A DNA stretch of 64,000 nucleotides from Mayamaea pseudoterrestris (Eukaryota): NCBI GenBank assembly GCA_027923505.1, contig BROI01000021.1, forward strand, positions 248,001 to 312,000. The letters are read 5' to 3'. The position numbers were made by a program, and so were the translations under genes. Below the pieces are notes generated by a model that made no database searches, was not told where the DNA came from, and worked only from the letters and a program-made list of their open reading frames with translations. How positions within the stretch are numbered: the stretch's first letter is position 1; every line of letters begins with the position of its first letter. Shown piece by piece: positions 55,248 through 64,000 of this stretch.

Positions 55248-56731
55248 TTACTCAAGAGCCATGGCTCCGGCAACAATTTCAAGAATCTCTTGGGTCACAC
55301 TCGCTTGACGAGCGCGGTTGTATGCCATGGATAGATCCTTGGCAAGCTTTCCAGCGTTGTCGCTGGCACTTTGCATGGACTGCATTCGGGCTGCGAGTTC
55401 AGAGGCAACAGACTCTTGAATGGTTCGGAGGATCTGAAAAATATAGCAAAAACAAGAACAGAAGTCAGAAATTGCAACTAAAGAATTTGTAACGAGATGC
55501 GCAAATAGCAAATTCAAAACCGTACCTGTCCGTTGAGGTACAGCGGCAGAATGGAGTTGACAATTTGGAGCGGATCTTGCTCAAAGATCATGTCATTGGG
55601 GAATTCCTCGGGCTCTGCAACCTCGAGTGTCTTGCGCTCGACGCCAAAGTCACCATCCTGGGACGTCAGTTGGAAGACTTCATCGCCCTTGGTAGTAATG
55701 TCACTGGCAGAGAATGGGACCAATGTGCGGACCGAGGGCTGCGACGCAATGAGCGAGACAAACTTTGTGTACAAGAGCTCAATGGCATCGGTCTCTCCAC
55801 TAAGGAACGTGTTGAGAAGCTCCTCGGAGATTTCAAGAGCCTGGGAGGCGCTTGGGTTTTGTCCAGTCATAAAAGACTTTCGGATGGGGTATCCACGTCG
55901 CTGGAAGTAGGTGATTCCCTTCTTTCCAATGAGGACCATGTCGACCTCAACGCCGTTTCCAATAAGTTCCTTGTAGCGAGCTTCGGCCTTCTTGATCATG
56001 AAGGAGTTGTATCCTCCACATAAACCGCGATCTCCAGTAATGACAACCAACGTAACCTTCTTGACTTCACGAGGGGTTAATAGTGGAAGATCAATCGTCT
56101 CGCCGTCCAATCGGTTAATAAGGCCTCCGAAAACGGATTGAAGAGTCTCTGAGAAAGGGCGAGTAGCAAGCACAGCATCTTGGGCACGACGCACTTTAGC
56201 GGCAGCGACAAGCTTCATAGCCATGGTGATTTTTCGTGTGTTCTTGACAGTCTTGATGCGGTCGCGAATGGCTGAAGGGTGTCGAAACAGAACAGCGTAA
56301 TGAGACGTCAAGTACTAAATTTTAACGGCCAGTCAACGCAGTTTTATTTAATCCGATCAACAGTTTTAGTTATTCGCAGCATGCTTTCGCATGACTAAAC
56401 ACTGAAGGTCATTCCATGATCGTTGGAAACGATTCTACATCAGCTCATCGCAAAGATCCGAAAATGATGAACCAAAAATCAAGGATTAAGCTTCTTTCAG
56501 CTCCCTGCGTCGTTCCGATTATTCTAACACATATGCGCACGCATCAAACGTACCATTTGCCTTGCCGTCCATGACAATGGTGGCCTTGCGCGTGCGGTGC
56601 GATACAGGCTCTGTCAAGATGCTGCTTCCTCGGTCGCCTACACTCGGTGTCATGGTGGTGAACGCGGCAGGTTGTGGGGCAAACGCCGAAGCGACAGCGA
56701 GCAGCGATAGGGAGCAGAGAACCTTCATCAT
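55248..56731 (-). CDS. atpC: Chloroplast ATP synthase gamma subunit, nuclear encoded, three exons
   Basis: Signal peptide ASA-FAP. Introns 56553..56272 and 55525..55434 give [25 protein letters not shown] and ASELAARM...[20 protein letters not shown]. Confidence 0.97.
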
Positions 56732-57118
56732 CGTGTCGTTTCAGCAAGAGTAGCAGCAGTGGCGAGATGCTTGGAGACGACAGGAGGTGCTGCTATCAAA
56801 ATCGCGTGCGCAACGCGTTCCAATGGGTGGCTCTTCAACCACACGACGGACGGCGATGCAAGCAAGCCCGTACGTCAGTCATGTTAGATAGTTAGCGGCT
56901 GGGTTAACACGTCAGCATGAATCCTCCGTCACTTTCGTGTCGCACCGGAAATAACTTGGCGCGCCGCGCCTGACGTTTTTGCTTCCATCATCGAACCAGC
57001 CGCTCATCTCGACTGTCATCACCTTCACGCCGATAGAACGTAGCCTATCTGCCGACAAAAACTTCCTTAAACAACATCTGCTTCGTAACTTTGCTTGTAT
57101 AGAACTCCAGTTGGAATT

Positions 57119-57555
57119 ATGAAAGTCGTTACGATCATTCTTGTCGGTCTTTCGCTGCTTGCTCATTCCAATGCATTTTCGGTAGTCCAGCCAACACAAT
57201 CGAGACGCAGCGCCGTCTCGACGACGCTAGACATGACTGTTCTCACATATGGTACCAAGAAGAAGGACTTCAAGCCTGGCTCGCCGCTGTCTAGTGCTGT
57301 CAAGGCACTTGGTGTGCCGGTCAAGTATTCTTGCAAAAAGGTGCGACGATTGACTGCGGCATCATGATTTTACTCTGTGTTTTAGTCGAAAGGGGTCTAC
57401 TTTGTGCTAACCTTTCTTTACACATTTCATAGGGAGACTGCGCAACTTGTCAGATAACGCTAGCTGGACGTTACACAAAGCCTTGCGTCGCCAAAGTGCC
57501 GGCGGCGCCAACGCTCAAGTCGCTGCAGGAGAAGGGCCTTGAAATTAGAGCATAA
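57119..57555 (+). CDS. Small plastid-targeted 2Fe-2S ferredoxin-like protein
   Basis: Signal peptide SNA-F. Intron 57341..57432 joins YSCKK to GDCATC...KPCV, giving Cx4Cx2C...C. Stop TAA at 57553-57555. Confidence 0.85.
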
Positions 57556-57747
57556 GCAGGTACACAGATTAGCGATAGTAAAACATATAAAATCGTTGCA
57601 CATAATGGGAAAGGAATCGAAAGTTTATGTCAGATATTTCGTGGCAGTTTGATTCGTGGCAGTTCGTTGAAATCGTCAATGTTGAATATCATTTTTGTCA
57701 TTCCCTGAACCCTTCAAAATTGCTGCCCTTGGGCTAAAAAAAGATAA

Positions 57748-58915
57748 TCAAACGGCACACTGCGTCATGTTTTGAATGAGACCCGAGACAGCTTCACCGG
57801 TCGCTTCGTCTTGCTGCTGCAAAACGTTCACAACCTCGCCCACAACAATGGTGCTCGGTGGCCTGATCTTATATTTGGCTGCCAGATCGGCAATAGTTTG
57901 CATTGTACCAACCACAGTTCTTTGATCGGGGCACCCAGCTCGCTCCACAATGGCAACTGGCGTATTTATGGGATACTTTGCTTGCTCCACGAGACGCTCA
58001 CAAAGCTCCTTCAGCCTTCCAACAGCCATCAAAAATACAAGCGTCTGCTCCTTTTGATACTGTATCAGATCTGGATTTGATCCCTCTCGTCCATAGCCAG
58101 TGCACATGACCACTTGATTTGAGACACCGCGATGCGTAACTGGAATATTGCCGAGCAAGGGCGCAGAAAAGGCCGCCGATACACCCTAAAAGAGCAACAA
58201 GATCATTCAATGAGAACAGAACATTCGTCTTCCAACTCGTACGTTCTATTCTCAAAACGCATGTACATACCGGAATGACAGATGCCTCAACTCCAAACCG
58301 TCGAAAAGTGAGCACCTCTTCGCCACCTCGTCCAAATACAAAAGGATCGCCAATCTTGAGCCGAATCACATGCCGACCCTCGTTCAACGCCTGATAGCAC
58401 CACCAGTATATTTCCTCCTGCGCCAGTTCGGCGCAACCTGGCAATTTTCGAGCAACCTTGACTTGGCAAGGAATCAAGTCAAGAATCTCCTTCGCCACGA
58501 GTCGATCTGCCACGACCAATGCATTGGGCGGTGGATTCGAGAGAAGCTTGTACGCCGCGACTGTCAGTAGATCAGGATCACCAGGTCCAGAGCCAAGCAG
58601 CGTTATTTGGCCTCCGTTTGGTAACTGATTTCTTGGAGTTTGTGTCGACAGTGGTGGTAGCGACGTGCTGTAGGGTATGCCCCATTCATTCGACGCGTCT
58701 TGGGGAGCTGACTCTTGATGTCCGCCTTGCAAGTAAAACAAGCGACGATACGGTTGCGAATGAACTTGTTTGGACGGAGCAGGCACGTTTGGGGACAGAA
58801 ATGCTTCCACGACGAGCCCTTGGAAATCAAACAAAGTCATTGCCAGGGATCCTAGACGCAGGAGTGGCAAACTGCTGAGCGGCCGACGGCGGAGGCGAAA
58901 GGTAGTCGCAGACAT
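57748..58915 (-). CDS. UPM1: Uroporphyrinogen-III C-methyltransferase (SUMT, CobA/CysG-A type; sirohaem pathway)
   Basis: LLGSGPGDPDLLTVAA and RLKIGDPFVFGRGGEE. Intron 58270..58186 gives VIPGVSAA, followed by IPVTHRG and TLVFLM. Confidence 0.93.
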
Positions 58916-59292
58916 GTTGGAGGAGTTCCGTTGAATGAGAAGCTAAGAGCTTTTTTTGTCAGCGAAAACAGTTTATGGTGCAATGTTGTGGTCAACTGGT
59001 GCCAACAGGACAGATGGGATGCATAAAGGTTGCGAAGCAAATTGTTCTGCGGAATCCGATGGCTGCTGCTGCGCGCGGTCGAAAATTACGGAGACATGGT
59101 GCGACATCAGCGCTGGTGCCAGAGTTTTGATATCGTACCACGACTCAAATTACTACATTGTCATTGCTCTCATTCGGTCACTAGCAACTACATCGCAACA
59201 GTCAGTGCATAATTATTAGCAAAAGCAAAGCGTGCGTATAATGTTTCTAAACATAGCAGCTAGATTGGCAGAGCTATCAATACATCTTCGAT

Positions 59293-60534
59293 CTAAACAG
59301 GGGCGACGACAGTGGGAGAGCTTAGCACCGCGTCTGCGATGGCAGTATTTTGACCTGCTGCATTTTCGAGATCGGTGCTATCCACTTTGATGGGTGATGT
59401 GTCTTCCTCTTCCTTCAGTCGCACAACAAAGTCGCGTCGACAGCAGGGACACGCCATGTTTCCTCTTGTGATCCACTTGACCGGGTCGACGGCATCACTT
59501 ATGTGAATCTGCTCGGCGTCGCGCTGTCGACGGGACTTTTTTCGCTTGTTCGTCTTAAGCCAGTCCAAAACACAATCGTGATGAAAGACATGACTGCAGT
59601 CAGGATTTGAAGACTGCAAAGGTCGAACATGGAACGAGTCAGTTGCTGATCAATCTCACGGGCAAAACAAAAGAACGCAAAGCTATAGAATCTTCTTCGC
59701 AGTCACTATAACTACTTACCCATGAAATACGGTCGTCTGGCTTGAACAAGGATAGGCAAATGGCGCATCCATTGGGTACTTCTCGACAATCCTTTTGTTC
59801 ATTGTCGCCTTCATCGTCAATTACTTCGTGACCAGCGACAGGAACCTTTACGGTCGTACCATTCTCTCCCATAAAATCAACGTCATCATCTTCATCTTCT
59901 TCATCGCAACGAGCGTCGCCCTTTTCAATATCCGATTCGTCGATAGTCGACGCTGTCGGAGAATCGCTCTCTGTTCCGGAGTCGTCGCCCAGTTCAATAG
60001 TGAACTCCTGCGACGCTGGCGAATCCTTAATGTCACTAGCAGATAGTTTCTGCATGCAGAGAAACAAATGTTAGAAAGCTTTCTCGACGTGTGTAGCAAG
60101 CGCAAAGCGGCAGCCAGCAACAATGGCATCGACGAACCTTCGAGTAATGCCGAAGAAGTTCCATTAAGTAGGATTCTCGAATCTCAGCTTCCTGCACTTT
60201 GGAAACAACATAGTGAAAGTCGCCATTTTCAGCTTGACTGTGATGCAGGAAAACAGAATGTGTGAGTCAGCAAGTCTAATTGCTATGGACAATTCCCAAG
60301 AGTTCCTAAAGCCAATAACAATGATGCAACATACCTTGAATCAGTCGCCACAGCTTCCGCATCAGCAGGTTGCTCGATAGGCTGCCTCTCCGTCACTCGC
60401 CCTCGTCCGGAGAGGATGCTCCACACGTTGGCGAAAGCTTGCGAGCTTGCGACATAGGGTATAACGACAAAAAACAGCAAGGCTAGCAATGAGACAACCC
60501 AAAAGACCAACAGTACTGTAGCTCCTCCCAACAT
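59293..60534 (-). CDS. Membrane-anchored RING-H2 E3 ligase (ATL-like), four exons
   Basis: N-terminal TM. Introns at about 60334..60238, 60137..60051 and 59719..59614. Spliced RING reads CAIC...CSHVFHHDCVLDWL...CPCCR. Confidence 0.8.
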
Positions 60535-60931
60535 TCTGTATCGGGGTAGTGAAGATGAAAGTATCGAGAAGCGAAGGTTTGTAGAGCCTTCCAAGTCAGT
60601 CCAACGAACGAAGGTACAGCGTGATGGGCGATGAACCTCTCTCGGTCGGCAGTTAATGAGGAGGTCCGGCGGAAAATCGGCGAAACGAGCGTTTGCGCTG
60701 GAATTCCACGGAGAATGCATTGGAAGTCGCGGCTAATCTCACAAGACAATGCACGATTCAATCGTCGATATGACTATGAATTTTAGTGTACTCGTGCGGT
60801 TAGCAGAACGTTAAACGTTAGCCATTCACGACTGATATGACTGTCTCACTGTGACCGGCTGTCGCCCAGCAACGAACAATTTCCTGCACCATGACCAACC
60901 ATGCCACCGCATCAACCCATCTACCGGTAGT

Positions 60932-62935
60932 ATGATGATTGGCCCCAATCAAAGTAGACGGGAACGTGACGACGAGACGGCTGTGCGCCGTAACTACTGG
61001 GGCTGTGCTCGTGAGCGAAACCGACGACTTGCGCGGACGGCTATCAAAAGGCGTATCGAGAGTGACGGTGACATTTCGCGTCGCAGCACTGATACTTTAG
61101 TTGTCGCTGGAAAGGAAACAAACGCTGACGAATCATGTAACGCCTCGCAACTTTCAAGCGAATGGATCGACAAGGCTATATGGCATATAATTAAGGGGAA
61201 ACGTTCCTTCTTCTCCTTGACCTGTATCCAAGAAAATCTTGTCTACTTTGAAACGCCTCATTCGTCCGAGCTACTGTTTTCGTTGGACAAAGGCGAGTTG
61301 AAAGGCAAGGCACAAATGATCAACTGGTTCGAACGGCAGGGTTATGAAAACTTTAAACAAGAAATCAGGAATAATCTTGACACGTTCACGTTATACGAAT
61401 TTGCAGTCTGGTGCCGGCGATGGCACATTGTCGGAAGCCTCATCATTGCTGCAGTCAATCCATGCGTACGAGGAAGACGACGAAGCGACTCGACAATTGC
61501 GACACACGAATATAATGACAATAGCTTTCGGCTCTTTGCTTTCGGACAGACGATTCTGAGACTTTTCTTCGACATGAGCGTACCGCTGTCCCTGTCAAGT
61601 CATGTTGTGCAACGAGTAGCTGAACTTCGACGGACGGCTTTGGTCGGAACATGTTCCATCTGCTTTACCAAAGATCCACTACTATGCTGTGATATGGCTA
61701 AGTGTGGAGGTGCTTGTGAGCTTTGTTGGTGGAAGAATGTTGTTGAGTGCTTGGAGCGGCTGGAAGACTATCTTGTGACGTGCCCCGTATGTTGTTGCAG
61801 TTCGAACGCTGCGATCGACAATAGCTCTGTTGGTGCGCGCGATCCAGTGACGCTACGCGAGGAAAGTCTTCAAAAGTATGAAGCTCTGCCATATGATATC
61901 AAGGAGCTTCGTAAGCGTGATCCCAAATCGAGCGGCAAAAAGCCGCAGGGTCCAAAGGAGGAGGACATTCTCGTAAGTTCTTGGACTGCGGCTGTTGCGC
62001 CGCTGGTTGGGCCAACGATGGAACTACGACGCGATAGATTTTTCTTGCGTGTCACGAAGGGACACTTCCACCATATTAAAGGTTTCTTATCGCTTGGCAT
62101 TGATGTTGACATGCAGAATGAATATGGTCAGACTGCGCTGTACATTGCGGCTTGGTTGGGCTATACACAAATTGTGCAGACCCTTCTTGACTACGGTGCG
62201 GATACTAGCAGACTAGCGCATGGCGGGCTGAGTGCACTGGCCGCTGCACAGGCCAATGAGCGGGACGTCATTATGCAAATGTTAATCGATGCCTGTGCCA
62301 TCCAGTCGGTCGAAATGTTTGACCGCGCAGACTTGACCGCGTGCACTCCACAATTAGAAACGTTGATTGATTTGTCAGTAGACCATCCTGGAGCCGGGTC
62401 ATTTGTAATTGACAACGCCGTGACTGACAAAATGATTGACGCGCTTAAACGTTTATGGCGATCCATTCCGATGGAAATGACATGCATCAAACAAAAGAAG
62501 GGCAAATTATGCTCGGATCGAAGCTACTATTGCGATGCGGAAGGGTTTCTTCGGAGGGCCATTTCCCAATCAATATCCGATGCGTTCGGTGCGCAAGTGA
62601 AGAGTGCCGTCGTGCTCGAACACATGCGCTTCCTGTCGTACGCTGTCCCCGGTGCCACGCTGCTACCGCATACTGATCTGCATCGAGTCGAGCTGACGAC
62701 CGGCATTCATAGCACCCATACATTTATTTTGTACCTTACAAGCTGTTGCTCAGGAGGTGAAACATCCTTGTTAGAGCACACTAGCGGCCCTGGTCGACAT
62801 GAAGTAAGGGCCAAAGTCACACCAATTCGAGGTCGTCTACTTTTGTTTCCGCATCTTACTCCTCACGAAGGCAACGAAGTTGTCGACGTACCAAAGCTCT
62901 TAATTCGTGGAGAGGTCATAATTTCTTACACATGA
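60932..62935 (+). CDS. Multidomain protein: RING-like Cys cluster, ankyrin repeats and 2OG-Fe(II) oxygenase (P4H-like)
   Basis: CSIC...C...CELCW...CPVC, ankyrin NEYGQTALYIAAWLG, HxD in PHTD, TFILYL...GGET and GRLLLFPHLTPHEG...K. Start uncertain. Confidence 0.8.
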   Translation: MMIGPNQSRRERDDETAVRRNYWGCARERNRRLARTAIKRRIESDGDISRRSTDTLVVAGKETNADESCNASQLSSEWIDKAIWHIIKGKRSFFSLTCIQENLVYFETPHSSELLFSLDKGELKGKAQMINWFERQGYENFKQEIRNNLDTFTLYEFAVWCRRWHIVGSLIIAAVNPCVRGRRRSDSTIATHEYNDNSFRLFAFGQTILRLFFDMSVPLSLSSHVVQRVAELRRTALVGTCSICFTKDPLLCCDMAKCGGACELCWWKNVVECLERLEDYLVTCPVCCCSSNAAIDNSSVGARDPVTLREESLQKYEALPYDIKELRKRDPKSSGKKPQGPKEEDILVSSWTAAVAPLVGPTMELRRDRFFLRVTKGHFHHIKGFLSLGIDVDMQNEYGQTALYIAAWLGYTQIVQTLLDYGADTSRLAHGGLSALAAAQANERDVIMQMLIDACAIQSVEMFDRADLTACTPQLETLIDLSVDHPGAGSFVIDNAVTDKMIDALKRLWRSIPMEMTCIKQKKGKLCSDRSYYCDAEGFLRRAISQSISDAFGAQVKSAVVLEHMRFLSYAVPGATLLPHTDLHRVELTTGIHSTHTFILYLTSCCSGGETSLLEHTSGPGRHEVRAKVTPIRGRLLLFPHLTPHEGNEVVDVPKLLIRGEVIISYT

Positions 62936-63510
62936 AGCAGCAAGTGGCTTACTGAACTTATGGACAGTTGCTGCACAGACAACACAGTTGGGCCCGCTCC
63001 AATTACGAGCTGGCGGCAGCCTCTGTTTCTTGTCGGGGCAAACTGTGACTGCATCCGAGCTTAATAACAACCAACCAGCAGCACCTCTGGTAGTGCTAAC
63101 CTTGATGATAGCAGTGGCAGCACCATGGTCGGTGCCACTGTTTCGGTGGTTTATGGAAGCCTTGCTGTTCTCTTGGTTTTGTAAACCAAGCGCAACCAAG
63201 GCTCGGCTGATGTGTATTGAATGATCCTTGCTTGGCTGCTTTAGAGCAACATATTACAAGTATATACTAAAGATAAAGTTGCAACATAAAGCTACGAAGT
63301 GGAGCATTAGCTGGACGAATAGTATAGAAGCTGTGCGCGGTCAAGCCACGAGTCCCATCTGACGCATGAATGAGTGTGACGTCAGTCAACTTTCGACAAG
63401 GATCCCGATCTTCGTTTATGGCAATGGAGCGACAACGACAACTTCCTCGTTAATCTCCAAGGAACCCGAGAGAATCTTTGGAGTGGCTTCTCGAAATCAA
63501 GGCGAACGAA

Positions 63511-64000
63511 ATGTTCTCATTCCATAGTGCGCTCTTCCTTTTGCTTGCGCCAACCTTGCTCGCTTTCACTCCAATAGCCGTGTCACGAACTAAACAAAGA
63601 ATCATCATCCCACCGACCACCCTAACCATGTCCGATTCTTCGCGTTACACAAATCCCAATCAACCGGAACGTTTTGCTACTGCCAAGAAGGAGAACAATG
63701 AGCGCTATCTTGACATTACTACCGTTTACGACCCTTTGTTTCTGAAAGGAAAGCGGGTTGCGATTACTGGCGCCAATCGAGGCATCGGTCTTGCTTTGGC
63801 CAAGGAAGTTACTGAAGCAGGTGCAAAGCTGATTGCCCTTTGTCGATCGAGTTCTGATGAGCTAGAAGCTCTCAAACCGGAGGAACTCGTCACTGGCATT
63901 GATGTCCAGGATGATGAGGCATGCAGCAAGCTTGCGAGCAAGATTTCGGGAGGACCAATTGACATTGTAAGTGGCTCTCATAGTTTGTGTCTGCCGATGT
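63511..64000 (+). CDS. Plastid-targeted short-chain dehydrogenase (C-factor/CsgA-like), 5' part
   Basis: MFSFHSALFLLLAPTLLA-FTP and VAITGANRGIGLALA...GIDV...GPIDI, then a GTAAGT donor at ~63967. Missing from the ORF track because it is open-ended. Confidence 0.85.
   Translation, partial: MFSFHSALFLLLAPTLLAFTPIAVSRTKQRIIIPPTTLTMSDSSRYTNPNQPERFATAKKENNERYLDITTVYDPLFLKGKRVAITGANRGIGLALAKEVTEAGAKLIALCRSSSDELEALKPEELVTGIDVQDDEACSKLASKISGGPIDIVSGSHSLCLPM

Noticed and set aside
62900..63224. Short ORFs on both strands after the 2OG oxygenase gene
   Set aside because: Non-ATG or overlapping starts with no family signal. Probably 3' UTR.

Overview
Eukaryotic nuclear DNA, most likely from a diatom. 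Support: compact genes with mostly 70-120 nt GT-AG introns, bipartite ER-plus-plastid presequences with ASAF-like cleavage sites, and a nuclear atpC. About 2.0-22.3 kb is a gene-free, CpG-depleted, layered satellite complex made of three related tandem families: A (180 bp), A' (~180 bp) and B (169 bp). It has higher-order repeats, degenerate relic copies on both flanks, and a perfect 19-bp dyad in nearly every B monomer, and one variant preserves that dyad by compensatory changes. This looks like a satellite-type regional centromere or a heterochromatin block, which contrasts with the short AT-rich non-satellite centromeres described for Phaeodactylum; the centromere call is inference only. 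The rest (0-2 kb and 22.5-64 kb) is gene-dense with about 30 genes. Recognisable ones include an MCM-BP-like gene, an SGNH hydrolase, NDUFAF3, fibrillin, a PTEN-like phosphatase, PI synthase, an FtsH-like ATPase lacking its protease domain, two small HSPs, a sulfotransferase, AspRS, a pseudouridine synthase, two SDRs, an F-box/LON-N protein, UBC13, atpC, a small 2Fe-2S protein, SUMT, a RING-H2 ligase and a Zn-finger/ankyrin/2OG-oxygenase fusion. All gene models and family calls come from manual reading and motif recognition, with no database searches.
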